Shown: positions 17,067-26,635, counted from the first letter of the stretch. The stretch is DNA of 35,751 nucleotides from Dehalococcoidia bacterium (GCA_049511815.1 JBEKXP010000005.1:1-35751); one strand, 5' to 3'. The notes: generated by a model not told the origin, from the letters alone. Numbers and translations are program-made.

Positions 17067-17921
17067 GTGGTGGAGATCATCCTTGCCGGCGACCTGGGCT
17101 TCTGCCTCGGCGTGCGCCGCGCCGTCGAGATGGCGGAGAAGGCCATAGCCGAGTCGGGCGAGCTCGCAAGCCTGGGGTCGATCGTCCACAACCAGCAGGT
17201 CGTCGACCGGCTGGCGGCGCTTGGCATCCGCGTCATTCACAACACCGCCGAAGCCCGCGACCGCGCCGTCATCGTCCCGTCGCACGGGGCGTCGCCGGCG
17301 GTCCTGGAGGAGATAACGCAGCGCGGCTTGTCGGTGATCGATGCCACCTGCCCCATCGTCACGCGCTCGCAGCGCTGGGCGAAGCGACTGGCCGGTGAAG
17401 GCTACTGCATCGTCATCTTCGGTAATCCGGACCACCCGGAGGTGCGGGGCGTCCTCGGCTGGGCTGCCGGCAAAGGCGTGGCTCTTCCCGACGAAGCGGC
17501 TTTGGACGCGCTGAACGAGCCGCTGCCGGGGCGAGTCGCCGTGCTCGCGCAGACGACGCAGACCGCGGACCGCTTCACGTCCTTCGTGGGGCGCCTCGCG
17601 GAGCTGCACCTACCGAACGCGCATGAAATCCGCGTCGTGAACACACTCTGCGACGCGACGAGCAGCAAGCAGGCAGCGGCGCGGGCTCTGGCGCGACGGG
17701 TCGACCTCGTGATCGTCGTCGGCGGCCGGGAGAGCGCGAACACGCGGCACCTCGCCGAAGTCGCGCGGGAGGAAGGCGTCGAGACGCACCAGGTCGAGTC
17801 GGCGGAGCAGATCGAAGGCGGGTGGCTTCGAGGCCGGGCGCGCGTCGGCGTGACGGCAGGTGCATCGACGCCGGACGAAGCGATCGAGGCGGTCGTGGCG
17901 CGACTTCGGGAGCTCGCCTGA
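17067..17921 (+). CDS. ispH: 4-hydroxy-3-methylbut-2-enyl diphosphate reductase
   Basis: Cys ligands sit in the contexts GFCLGVRRAV, DATCPIV and NTLCDAT. HNQQVV and VVGGRESANT are also present. Confidence 0.9.
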   Translation: MVEIILAGDLGFCLGVRRAVEMAEKAIAESGELASLGSIVHNQQVVDRLAALGIRVIHNTAEARDRAVIVPSHGASPAVLEEITQRGLSVIDATCPIVTRSQRWAKRLAGEGYCIVIFGNPDHPEVRGVLGWAAGKGVALPDEAALDALNEPLPGRVAVLAQTTQTADRFTSFVGRLAELHLPNAHEIRVVNTLCDATSSKQAAARALARRVDLVIVVGGRESANTRHLAEVAREEGVETHQVESAEQIEGGWLRGRARVGVTAGASTPDEAIEAVVARLRELA

Positions 17922-19258
17922 TGCCGCTTGCCGCCTCGAAGGCCGGCGGCACAGTGCGAGAGGTCGCCGCCGGTAGCCTCGCGGCGCGAATCGGGCTGCG
18001 GCCGCTCGACAGGCTCCTCGCCGTCGACGGCCATGCGCTGCGTGACGCCATCGATTTCGCTTTCTACGCGGCGGAGGAGCGCTTTCGCCTCACGTTCGAG
18101 CGCGAGGGGCGACGGCAGGAGATCGAGGCGCGGCGGCGGCCTGGCGAGGGCCTCGGCGTCGAGTTCGAGAACTCAATCTTCGATCGAGTCCGCACCTGCA
18201 ACAACGACTGCTTTTTCTGCTTCCTCAAGGGCCTGCCCGCCGATCTTCGCCCTTCCCTCTATCTGAAGGACGACGACATCCGCCTCAGCTTTGCCGACGG
18301 CAACTTCGTCACGCTGGCCAACCTGACCGCCGCCGATTGGCGCCGGCTGGAGGAGCAGCGCCTGAGCCCGCTCAACGTCTCCGTCCATGCGACGGACCCG
18401 GAGCTGCGACGCCGGTTGCTCGGGAACGGACGCGCGCCGGAGATAGTCGGACAGTTGCGGCGCCTGGGCGAGCTTGGCATTCGCGTCAACACGCAGGTCG
18501 TCCTCTGCCCCGGCCTCAACGACAGCGATCAACTGGCGCGCACCGTCCGCGACCTCAGCGAGCTGTACCCCACCGTGCAATCAATCGGCGTCGTGCCCGT
18601 GGCCGCCAGCCGTCACGCCTGGTCGCGCGCCGATGACGCTACGAAGCAGTGGCTCGGGCCGTGCACGCTGCAATACGCGCGACAGGTCATCCTGCAGATG
18701 CGGCCGTGGCAGCGAGAGTTCCGGCAACGTTTTGGCGTCGGCCTCGTCTACCTGGCGGACGAGTTCTATCTGGCGGCCGGCGCTCGCCTGCCCGCCGCGT
18801 CGCGCTACGACGGCTATCCGCAATACGAAAACGGCATCGGCATGACGCGGGCGCTAATCGAGGACTGGCGGCGGCTGCGACGGCGGCTGGCCGGAGAGAA
18901 GAGACATTGGGCCAGCAAGAGGCTGACGTTTGCCTGCGGGACGCTCATCGCGCCGGTGCTGACGCGTCTAGCGGCGGAGATGGGCGCGCTGACGGGAATC
19001 GACGCGTCTGTCGCGCCGGTCGAGAACGCCTTCTTCGGGCCGCGCGTCACCGTCTCCGGCCTGCTGACCGGCCGCGACATCATCGATTCGCTGCGGAGCC
19101 GCGAGCTGGGCGATCTGGTCGTCTTGCCGCGCCATGCCCTCGACCACGCCGGCGCCCGCTTCCTCGACAACGCAACGCCCGCCGACATGAGCGCCTCTCT
19201 GTCGACGCCCGTCGCCTTCGCCTCGACTTTCAGCGAGTTGCTCCGACTGCTTTCCTGA
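17921..19258 (+). CDS. DUF512 family protein (PDZ-like N-terminus plus radical-SAM-like core)
   Basis: A PDZ-like N-terminus (GSLAARIGLRPLDRLLAVDG), the CNNDCFFCF cluster and a DUF512-like C-terminal region are present. The ATG overlaps the ispH TGA. Confidence 0.75.
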   Translation: MPLAASKAGGTVREVAAGSLAARIGLRPLDRLLAVDGHALRDAIDFAFYAAEERFRLTFEREGRRQEIEARRRPGEGLGVEFENSIFDRVRTCNNDCFFCFLKGLPADLRPSLYLKDDDIRLSFADGNFVTLANLTAADWRRLEEQRLSPLNVSVHATDPELRRRLLGNGRAPEIVGQLRRLGELGIRVNTQVVLCPGLNDSDQLARTVRDLSELYPTVQSIGVVPVAASRHAWSRADDATKQWLGPCTLQYARQVILQMRPWQREFRQRFGVGLVYLADEFYLAAGARLPAASRYDGYPQYENGIGMTRALIEDWRRLRRRLAGEKRHWASKRLTFACGTLIAPVLTRLAAEMGALTGIDASVAPVENAFFGPRVTVSGLLTGRDIIDSLRSRELGDLVVLPRHALDHAGARFLDNATPADMSASLSTPVAFASTFSELLRLLS

Positions 19259-19260
19259 CG

Positions 19261-20235
19261 CTAACGCCCCGTCGCCAGCCACTCCGCAGCGGACGGCACG
19301 CCTGCCAGGCCCGTCGCCGCCTTTACGGCGCGAACGATTGCCCGCTCGACGGCGCGGGCGGCAAATGCGCCGATGACCAGCGCGTTCGCCGGCTCCGGAC
19401 GCTCGCCGGTGGCCAGCGCGAAGAGGACGTCGCCGTCGACCGGCGAGTGGGCGGGCCGGACGGCGCGGGCGATGCCGTCGTGGGCCATGTGGGCGACGGC
19501 GGTCGCCTGCGCCTTCGTCAACGTCGCGTTGGTGGCGACGACGCCGATGGTCGTGTTCGTGAGCGGCAGGTTCGGCGAGGGCCCGGCCTGTCGCATTATG
19601 TCGAGTGTGCTCTCGAAGCGGCCGGGAACGCCCCGCGGGCCGGCGATGACGGTCTCGCCATCGCTGATCTCGCCGAAAGCGTTAACGGCGACCAGCGCGG
19701 CGACAACGACGTCGTCGATTCTCTCCGCCGCGGTGCCGACGCCGCCCTTTAGCCCGTGGGCGACCGTCCGCACCTTCGCCACCGTCGCGCCGGTGCCCGC
19801 GCCGACGCTGCCCTCGGCGATGCGCCCGCTTTTCGCCGCCAGGCAGGCGCGATAGCCGCTCTCCGCCGTGGGACGGACGTCCGCGCGGCCGACGTTGAGG
19901 TCGAAGAGGACGGCGCCGCAGACGATGGGAACGGTCGCGCCGCCGTAGGCGAAGCCGACGCCCCGCTCTTCCAGGTAGCGCATGATGCCGGAGCCGACGT
20001 CGAGGCCGAAGGCGCTGCCGCCGGTCAGGAAGACGGCATGAATCTGCTGTACGAGCGTCTCCGGTCGCAGGAGAGACGACTCGCGGGTGCCGGGCGCTCC
20101 GCCGCGGACGTCGATGCCCGCGACGGCGCCCTTCTCGCAGAGGACGACGGTGCAGCCGGTGGCGGCGTGCCGGTCGGTCCAGTGGCCGACGCGTATGCCG
20201 GCAACGTCAGTCAGGGCGTCGTTTTGTCGTGGCAA
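19261..20235 (-). CDS. P1/S58 family peptidase (DmpA-like L-aminopeptidase/D-esterase)
   Basis: Motifs LTDVAGIRVGHWTD, GCTVVL, GGSAFGL and the nucleophile region NTTIGVVATNA are present. Confidence 0.8.
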   Translation of the reverse strand: MPRQNDALTDVAGIRVGHWTDRHAATGCTVVLCEKGAVAGIDVRGGAPGTRESSLLRPETLVQQIHAVFLTGGSAFGLDVGSGIMRYLEERGVGFAYGGATVPIVCGAVLFDLNVGRADVRPTAESGYRACLAAKSGRIAEGSVGAGTGATVAKVRTVAHGLKGGVGTAAERIDDVVVAALVAVNAFGEISDGETVIAGPRGVPGRFESTLDIMRQAGPSPNLPLTNTTIGVVATNATLTKAQATAVAHMAHDGIARAVRPAHSPVDGDVLFALATGERPEPANALVIGAFAARAVERAIVRAVKAATGLAGVPSAAEWLATGR

Positions 20236-21070
20236 CGTCCGTGTCGCCCTCCGGCTGGCAATGGGGGCAGAAGTGCGTGCTCCGGCCGCCCACTTTGATG
20301 CGAGCTATCTCCGCGCCGCAAACATAGCACGCCTGCCCCGTCCGACGAAAGACCTTCACGCGCAATTGGTGCCGCCCCTCGCGGCCGGCGGCGTCGACGT
20401 AATCGCGGAAGGACGAGCCGCGGTTGCCGAGGGCGTCGTTGAGGACGCGTCGAATGGCGCGGTGCAGGCGTCTCACCTCCGCTCCGGATAGGCTGCCGGC
20501 GAGTCGAAGCGGGTGGATGCGGCCGGCGAAGAGCGCCTCGTCGGCGTAGATGTTGCCGATGCCGGCGATGGCCCGCTGGTCGAGAAGGACCGGCTTTATC
20601 GGCGCGCGCCGGCCCGACAACGTCTGCCGCAGCTTTGCGACCGTGAACGCGGCGTCGAGCGGCTCCGGCCCGAGTTTGCCGACCGCCTCTTCCGGCGAAT
20701 CGACAAGCCACATCTGGCCGAGCTTCCTCAAGTCGGCGTAGCGCAGCTCTGAGCCGTCGTCGAGGGCGATGACGGCCCGGACGTAGGCGTCGGGAGCATC
20801 GCAGGAGCGCCGGTAGAGGAGCGAGCCGGTCATCCGCAGGTGGACGGCGAGGAAGAGCGGATTTTCGCTGCCGTCGAGGCGAAACAGCAGGTACTTGCCG
20901 CGGCGCAGGAGGTCGTCGATACGGCGGCCGGCGAGGCGTCGAGCGAAGGCATCGTCGCCGCGGATGACGCGCTCGGCGCCGGGCACGATGCGGACGTCGG
21001 TGATGGTGCGCCCAACGACGTGGCCCAACAAGTCGCGGCGTATGGTTTCTACTTCAGGGAGCTCAGGCAT
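20207..21070 (-). CDS. mutM: Formamidopyrimidine-DNA glycosylase
   Basis: N-terminal MPELPEVE, the H2TH region (GIGNIYADEALF) and a C-terminal zinc finger (CYVCG...CPHCQ) are present. Confidence 0.9.
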   Translation of the reverse strand: MPELPEVETIRRDLLGHVVGRTITDVRIVPGAERVIRGDDAFARRLAGRRIDDLLRRGKYLLFRLDGSENPLFLAVHLRMTGSLLYRRSCDAPDAYVRAVIALDDGSELRYADLRKLGQMWLVDSPEEAVGKLGPEPLDAAFTVAKLRQTLSGRRAPIKPVLLDQRAIAGIGNIYADEALFAGRIHPLRLAGSLSGAEVRRLHRAIRRVLNDALGNRGSSFRDYVDAAGREGRHQLRVKVFRRTGQACYVCGAEIARIKVGGRSTHFCPHCQPEGDTDVATTKRRPD

Positions 21071-21168
21071 GGTTTCGATATTCTCTTTGGTGCAGATTCA
21101 CGCGGGGAGGGGAACAATTCTGAGCGATGAATCGCTCAGCCTCCCAGAAAAGACGCGGTTGGCGAAGG

Positions 21169-21188
21169 CTGCGGGTTTCAACCCGCAG
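21169..21188. repeat. Intergenic hairpin ctgcggg-tttcaa-cccgcag, sharing 16 nt with positions 22-37
   Basis: Direct comparison: gggtttcaacccgcag occurs at 22-37 and at 21173-21188. The stem is 7 bp. Confidence 0.6.
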
Positions 21189-21256
21189 AACCGCAACAAC
21201 AAACGCTCGAACGAAGAACCGGGGCGGGCGAGACGCCAGATCTGCGCCAGAGAGCG

Positions 21257-24037
21257 CTAAATCTCGCCCCAGTTCTTGCCGACTTTGACGTCGATCTTCA
21301 GCGGCACGCTCATCTCCAGCGCCGACGGCATGAGGCGCAGCACGATCTCCCGCAGGGCGTCCATCTCCGACAGCGGCCCTTCGAAGATGAGCTCGTCGTG
21401 AACTTGCAGCAGCATCTTCGAGCGCAGGCCGCGCTCCGTCAGCTCGGCGTCGATGCGGTTCATCGCGACCTTGATGATGTCCGACGCCGTACCCTGAATC
21501 GGCATGTTGATGGCGATGCGTTCGGCGGCGGCGCGCACCATCGGGTTGCTGGCGTGGATCTCGGGCACATAGCGCCGGCGGCCCATGATCGTCTCGGCGT
21601 AGCCCTTGGCGCGGGCGTCGGCAATCGCCTGCTCGCGCCACTCCTTCACTTTCGGATAGCGCTCGAAATACGTGGCTATGAAGTTGGTCGCGTCTTCGCG
21701 GGAGATCCCCTCGCGCTGGGAGAGGCCGAAGCCGGTAAGCCCGTAGAGGACGCCGAAGTTGAAGACCTTCGCGCGACGCCGCATCTCGGCCGTGACCTCC
21801 GCCAGCGACACGCCGAACACCTCCGACGCTGTCGCCGCATGGATGTCTTCGTCCTCGCGGAACGACTTGACGAGAAGCGGGTCGCCGCACAGGTGGGCGA
21901 GAATGCGCAGCTCGACCTGCGAGTAGTCGGCGCCGAGGAGTCGCGGCTCCGGCCCAATGTCGCGGGCGATGAAGGCGGCGCGCACCTGCCCGCCCAGCTC
22001 CGAGCGGATCGGTATGTTCTGCAGATTCGGGTCGTTGGAGGACAGGCGGCCCGTGGCGGCGACCGTCTGGTTGAAGCTGGTGTGCACGCGGTTCGTCTTC
22101 GGGTTGACGAGCCCGGGCAAAGTGTCGATGTAGGTCGACTTCAGCTTGGTGAGCTGGCGGTACTGGAGGATGAGGTCGATGACGGGATGGGCGCCCCGCA
22201 GCGACTCCAGCACCAGCGCGTCGGTGACGTAGCCCTGCTTCGTGCGACGCGCCGGCTTCGGCAGCCCCAGCTCGCGGAAGAGGATATCGGAAAGCTGTTG
22301 CGGCGAGGCGATGGTAAACTCGTGGCCAACGGCGTCGTAGATTTCGCGCTCCAACGTGACGATCTGACCGCTGAGCTGCTGCGACAGCTCGCGCAGAACG
22401 CTGACGTCGAGGGCGATGCCGGCCATCTCCATTCGCGCCAGCACCGGCACGAGCGGCATCTCGACCTCGTCGAAAAGCTTCCACAAGTTCTGCCGCTTCA
22501 GCTCCTCCTCAAGCACTTGCCGTAGCCGGACCGTCATGTCGGCGTCGGCGCAGGCGTAGCGGCTGACCCCTTCGATCGGCGCCGCGCTCATCGGCAACTG
22601 CTTCGCGCCCGCCTTGCCGATGAGGTCCGTTATCGGCGCCATCTCGATGCCCAGCCGCTTGGAGACGAGCCACTTCAGGCTCAGCGAGCCGCCGCCAACG
22701 GGCGAGGCGCCGGCCGCGCTGCCGCCCTCGCCAAGAAGGTACGCGGCGATCATCGTGTCGAAGGCAAAACCGCGGACGCTGCCGCCATGATTCGCCAGCA
22801 CCACCATGTCGAACTTGCCGTTGTGCGCCGTCTTCGCCAGCGACTCGTCTTCCAGCAGCGGGCCCAGGTGGGCAAGCACCGTCGCGAGCGGCAGTTGCTC
22901 TGGCTGGCCGAGCGCCGGCTGATGTCCAACGGGGACGTAGTACGCCTCTCCGGGCGCGGGCGAGAACGACATTCCGACGAGCGGTGCGCGCATCGGCAGG
23001 ATGTCGTCTGTTTCCGTGTCGAACGTGAAGGCACTGGCCGTGCGGAGTCGCCGGGCGAGAGCGCGAAGGTCGTCCTCCGTGAAAACGGTGTGGCACTCGA
23101 TTGGTCCTGCCACTTCCGGCGCCGGCGGTGCTTCCACCGGCGCCTCCGCGCCCGACTCCGGGATGCGCGGAATGAGGCTGCGGAACTCCAGCTCGCGGAA
23201 GATGTCCAGCACCTTCTGGCGGTCGAAGCGCTTCCGGTGCGCCGCCTGGAGGTCGAGCGTTATCGGCACGTCGGTGCGGATGGTCGCCATCTGCTTGCTG
23301 TGGCGGGCCTGCGCCTCGTGCGTGCGCAGCAGCTCGCGCAGCTTATCCGGCTGCACCTCTTCGAGGCGCTCGTAGATGCTTTCCAGGCTGCCGAACTGCT
23401 GGATAAGGCGGACCGCCGTCTTCTCGCCGATGCCCGGGACCCCGGGGATGTTGTCGGAAGTGTCGCCCTTGAGGCCCTTGAAGTCGGGCATCTGCCCCGG
23501 CTCGAAGCCGTAGTGCTCGCGGACGGCCTGCTCGTCGTAGGTCACGGTGTCGCGCTGGTAGGGCCGGAACATGAAGAGCCGCACACGCGGCCCCACAAGC
23601 TGAACCATGTCGCTGTCCAGGCTGACGACGAAGGTGTCCACGTCCTGCTCTTCGGCCTGCCGCGCCAGGGTGCCGAGCACGTCGTCGGCCTCGAAGCCCG
23701 GAACGCGGAAGATGGGGATGTTGAACGCCTCGATAACCTCGATGCAGCGGGCGATCTGCGCCGTCAGGTCCTCCGGCGCCGCGACTCGCTGCGCTTTGTA
23801 CGTTATGTCGAGTTCGTGGCGGAATGTAGGGCCGCGCGGGTCGAGGGCGACTGCGATGTGTGTCGGATTCAGCTGTTCGAGGACGCTGAGCAGGGTGTTA
23901 GCCAGGCCGTAGACCGCAGTCACCACCTCGCCGGTACGGCGGATGATCAGCGGCTCCTTGAAGGCGTGATAGGCGCGGTGAATGATGCCGTGCCCATCGA
24001 GAATCACGAGGAGGGGCTTCTGGTCGGAAGCGGTCAT
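21257..24037 (-). CDS. polA: DNA polymerase I (5'-3' exo, 3'-5' exo-like and polymerase domains)
   Basis: 926 aa. N-terminus LLVILDGHGIIHRAYHA; polymerase motifs DYSQVELRILAH, RRRAKVFNFGVLYG and QVHDELIFE. Confidence 0.95.
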   Translation of the reverse strand: MTASDQKPLLVILDGHGIIHRAYHAFKEPLIIRRTGEVVTAVYGLANTLLSVLEQLNPTHIAVALDPRGPTFRHELDITYKAQRVAAPEDLTAQIARCIEVIEAFNIPIFRVPGFEADDVLGTLARQAEEQDVDTFVVSLDSDMVQLVGPRVRLFMFRPYQRDTVTYDEQAVREHYGFEPGQMPDFKGLKGDTSDNIPGVPGIGEKTAVRLIQQFGSLESIYERLEEVQPDKLRELLRTHEAQARHSKQMATIRTDVPITLDLQAAHRKRFDRQKVLDIFRELEFRSLIPRIPESGAEAPVEAPPAPEVAGPIECHTVFTEDDLRALARRLRTASAFTFDTETDDILPMRAPLVGMSFSPAPGEAYYVPVGHQPALGQPEQLPLATVLAHLGPLLEDESLAKTAHNGKFDMVVLANHGGSVRGFAFDTMIAAYLLGEGGSAAGASPVGGGSLSLKWLVSKRLGIEMAPITDLIGKAGAKQLPMSAAPIEGVSRYACADADMTVRLRQVLEEELKRQNLWKLFDEVEMPLVPVLARMEMAGIALDVSVLRELSQQLSGQIVTLEREIYDAVGHEFTIASPQQLSDILFRELGLPKPARRTKQGYVTDALVLESLRGAHPVIDLILQYRQLTKLKSTYIDTLPGLVNPKTNRVHTSFNQTVAATGRLSSNDPNLQNIPIRSELGGQVRAAFIARDIGPEPRLLGADYSQVELRILAHLCGDPLLVKSFREDEDIHAATASEVFGVSLAEVTAEMRRRAKVFNFGVLYGLTGFGLSQREGISREDATNFIATYFERYPKVKEWREQAIADARAKGYAETIMGRRRYVPEIHASNPMVRAAAERIAINMPIQGTASDIIKVAMNRIDAELTERGLRSKMLLQVHDELIFEGPLSEMDALREIVLRLMPSALEMSVPLKIDVKVGKNWGEI

Positions 24038-24064
24038 CGGTCAGATTATAGCACTGCGGAGGCC

Positions 24065-25111
24065 TTACCCCGCGGCCTGCTCGCCGTTGCCGCGACGGAG
24101 GATGCGTTCGATGCTCGCCAGCGCCAGCTCGACATCCTCGCGCGACACGTCGCAGTGCGTGATCATGCGCACTCGCTCCGGCCCCACCGGCAGGGCAAGA
24201 ACGCCCTCTTCGGCAATCGCCGCCAGGAACGGGGGCGCCCCGCCTTCGACGGAGAAGATGACGATGTTGGTCTCGACCGTAGCCAGGTCGAGCGTGACGC
24301 CGGGCAATCCGGCCAGCCCTTCGGCGAGAAGCCTCACGTTGGCGTGGTCTTCGGCGAGCCGGTCGATCATCGACTCCAGCGCGACGATTCCCGCCGCCGC
24401 CAGCACGCCGGCCTGCCGCATCCCGCCGCCGACCAGCTTCCGCGACTGCCGCGCCAGGGAGATGAACTCGGCGCTGCCGCAGAGAATCGACCCGACGGGG
24501 CAGGCCAGTCCCTTCGACAGGCAGAACATCACAGAGTCTACGTCTTCCGCCAACGAGGCCGCCGGAACGCCCAGAGCGACCGCGGCGTTGAAGATGCGGG
24601 CGCCGTCGAGGTGCAGCGGCACGCCGCGCCCGTGCGCTATGGAGGCGACCTTCGACGTGTAGGCCGCGCTGAGCGTCACGCCGCCGCAGCGCATGTGCGT
24701 GTTCTCCAGGCAGACGAGGTCGATCGACTTTGCCTCGCTCGCCCAGAGCGCCTCCTCCAGCGCGGACGGTTCCATGTGGCCGTGGGCGTCGTTGGGGAGC
24801 GTGCGGATATCGACGCCGGCGAGTCGGCGCATGCCTTCGCTCTCGTAGTAGTGGATGTGCGCCTCGCTGCCGGCGAGCAGGTGGTCATCCGCCTCGCAAT
24901 GCGTGAGGACGGCGACCAGATTCGCCATCGTGCCGCTCGCGACGAAGAGGGCGTCCTCCTTGCCGACCAGGTCGGCGGCCATGCGTTGCAGGCGGTTGAC
25001 CGTCGGGTCTTCGTGGTAGACGTCGTCGCCGAGCTCAGCGCGGCCCATAGCGTCGCGCATCGCGGGCGTTGGCAGAGTGACGGTGTCGCTGCGGAAGTCG
25101 ATTGTCTTCAT
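24065..25111 (-). CDS. ltaE: Low-specificity L-threonine aldolase (PLP-dependent)
   Basis: N-terminus IDFRSDTVTLPTPAMRDAM, GDDVYHEDPTVNRL and the lysine region CLSKGL are present. Confidence 0.85.
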   Translation of the reverse strand: MKTIDFRSDTVTLPTPAMRDAMGRAELGDDVYHEDPTVNRLQRMAADLVGKEDALFVASGTMANLVAVLTHCEADDHLLAGSEAHIHYYESEGMRRLAGVDIRTLPNDAHGHMEPSALEEALWASEAKSIDLVCLENTHMRCGGVTLSAAYTSKVASIAHGRGVPLHLDGARIFNAAVALGVPAASLAEDVDSVMFCLSKGLACPVGSILCGSAEFISLARQSRKLVGGGMRQAGVLAAAGIVALESMIDRLAEDHANVRLLAEGLAGLPGVTLDLATVETNIVIFSVEGGAPPFLAAIAEEGVLALPVGPERVRMITHCDVSREDVELALASIERILRRGNGEQAAG

Positions 25112-25145
25112 CTTCGTTCACCTCATGTATCGGAGGCCGCTTGCC

Positions 25146-25526
25146 CTACTCTCGTTGGTGGCGTCGGAACAACCGGCTGAGGAGACCTGGCGCACTCGAT
25201 CGAATCGTCTTCTCGCCCGGATCTGGCGGTGCCGTGTCGATGTCAATCAAGACACCGCGAGTAGGCTTGTCGCGTGTTCCTCCAGTAATGCGCGCTATTT
25301 TGGCCTCCAACCGCCTCCCCTTGTCCATCAACTCCGCAACCCACGCAGCATTGTCCCGGGACAGATACGCGATCTGGTCTCCGTTTTGCCTCAGCACCGC
25401 GATCGCATTTTTGTCGTAGGGATTGTTCGGCTCCCTTTTGAGGATTACGTGCTCTCCCTCACGGCAGCGCCTTATTGTGTCCTGCCTGTAAGACTCGCCA
25501 CCCAGGTTGCATGTATAAGTGCCCAT
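25146..25526 (-). CDS. Stand-alone HIRAN-domain protein (126 aa)
   Basis: HIRAN-like pattern: GESYRQDTI...GEHVILKREPNNPYDKNAIAVLRQNGDQIAYLSRDNAAWVAELMDKG. Confidence 0.65.
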   Translation of the reverse strand: MGTYTCNLGGESYRQDTIRRCREGEHVILKREPNNPYDKNAIAVLRQNGDQIAYLSRDNAAWVAELMDKGRRLEAKIARITGGTRDKPTRGVLIDIDTAPPDPGEKTIRSSAPGLLSRLFRRHQRE

Positions 25527-25662
25527 GGTGATCTCTATGTCGGAAGGCGTGAACTGCGTGACATGTCATTCCGGCGTTTTGCGGACGCTGAATCGGAATC
25601 GACGACAATAGGCCCCCTCTGAGGATTCATATGCTCAAAGGAGGCCATTCGCATTCGATTCC

Positions 25663-25739
25663 TGGTAGCGCATGCGGGATTCGAACCCGCGATCTCCGCC
25701 TTGAGAGGGCGGTGTCCTGGGCCGCTAGACGAATGCGCC
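25663..25739 (-). tRNA. tRNA-Glu (anticodon CUC), CCA encoded
   Basis: Hand-folded cloverleaf: acceptor GGCGCAT/ATGCGCT (G1-U72), D arm GTCT/GGAC, anticodon stem CCGCC/GGCGG with loop CTCTCAA, T arm GCGGG-TTCGAAT-CCCGC. Confidence 0.9.
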
Positions 25740-25794
25740 GCATCTCATTATGCCCGAAACGAGTTCGGCCGACAACAACAGCGCGCTGTTTGAA

Positions 25795-25840
25795 GCTGGC
25801 TGGGGAGGGAGGATTCGAACCCCCGCATACGGATCCAGAG
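25795..25840. repeat. att core, left copy: an orphan 3' fragment of tRNA-Gln
   Basis: 46/46 identity to 35123-35168 by direct alignment. No 5' tRNA half is adjacent. Confidence 0.9.
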
Positions 25841-25959
25841 ACCGCCCCTGCCCATTATAACCAGCGGCAACTACTTGCCGCCAATACTTCATCGTATCTG
25901 TTTTTCGACTCTTCGGGTCGCCGTAACGGTACCTAACGGCAACTAGTTGCGGCCTTTGC

Positions 25960-25978
25960 GTTAGCATTTCCGTTAGCA
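25960..25978 (+). repeat. Paired GTTAGCA motifs (candidate arm-type recombinase sites), left end
   Basis: The left copy reads gttagcatttccgttagca. A similar pair, gttagcattctgttagca, lies at 35048-35065 in the same orientation. Confidence 0.5.
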
Positions 25979-26321
25979 GAAAGTCGTCGGCCGGGGTGTC
26001 GTGCGCTGGTGGCCTCTGGCAGTGATTCTCATCCGCCCGCATCCTTGCGGGCGTGCTATCAGTATCGTTCAGATGACCCCCCATCAACAACTTGACAAAT
26101 TATCCACTATTCGCCGGTTACGACTGTTCCGGCACTCCCCACGAAACCCCCGACCGACACGAGACTAAGACCAGGGAGGCGGGGCCAGTCTGTTAAACCT
26201 GTGGTGGCAGGAGAGAGAGGAAACGGCCCCAAACCTCCCGGCTGCAACGGCAACCTCACGGCGCCACCGGAAGGCCGGGGCCATCAAGACAAACGCCGTG
26301 AGTTACCGTTGCGAGGCGACT

Positions 26322-26576
26322 CTACAACTTGCCCTTGCGTCTGTCAAGCCTCTGAGAGCCCGATCTGGCCGTTTCCTCGAGCTGGGCAGTATCAGCACTA
26401 TCGGCCGCTGTCGCGCGTATGCTCACGATCGGCGCCGGCGGGCTCTGCATGACATCGTTGAGCGTCATCGAACCGTTTCCTGCTGCGACCTTGCGCCCGC
26501 AGATCAGGCAATGCGCGTCGAGGTCTTCATCAAGATACCAGCCGTGGCCATGACAATGCCCGCACCTGCTCGGCAA
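26322..26576 (-). CDS. Small Cys/His zinc-ribbon protein (84 aa, hypothetical)
   Basis: CGHCHGHGWYLDEDLDAHCLICG is present. A TTG start at 26576 follows SD AGGAGAGAG. The longer track ORF has no SD. Confidence 0.4.
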   Translation of the reverse strand: MPSRCGHCHGHGWYLDEDLDAHCLICGRKVAAGNGSMTLNDVMQSPPAPIVSIRATAADSADTAQLEETARSGSQRLDRRKGKL

Positions 26577-26608
26577 GGTCTCTCTCCTGCCTTGTGAACG
26601 CCTGGGCG

Positions 26609-26635
26609 TTTCGCTCCTAGTAACTAGGAGCGAAA
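26609..26635. promoter_or_regulatory. Strong 12-bp-stem hairpin between the tape-measure-like gene and the Zn-ribbon gene
   Basis: tttcgctcctag-taa-ctaggagcgaaa is a perfect inverted repeat. Confidence 0.5.

Noticed and set aside
21063-22525. A 473-aa minus-strand and a 375-aa plus-strand ORF inside polA
   Set aside because: They are an alternate frame and an antisense frame of a well-supported polA reading frame. Their Arg/Pro-rich translations are typical of off-frame high-GC sequence.
22787-25180. A 797-aa plus-strand ORF spanning polA and ltaE on the opposite strand
   Set aside because: It crosses two unambiguous minus-strand genes and their intergenic gap. Its composition is Arg/Ala/Gly/Asp-rich with no motifs. 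It is a shadow ORF caused by a lack of stops in GC-rich antisense frames.
25795-25840. Possible second tRNA-Gln gene
   Set aside because: Only the 3' 44 nt plus 2 nt are present. There is no D arm and no 5' acceptor strand. It is the displaced att half-site, not a gene.
25725-26090. A 121-aa minus-strand ORF crossing the tRNA-Glu 5' end, the att core and the element's left arm
   Set aside because: It spans a tRNA gene and the recombination core. It has no SD and is not plausible as a coding sequence.
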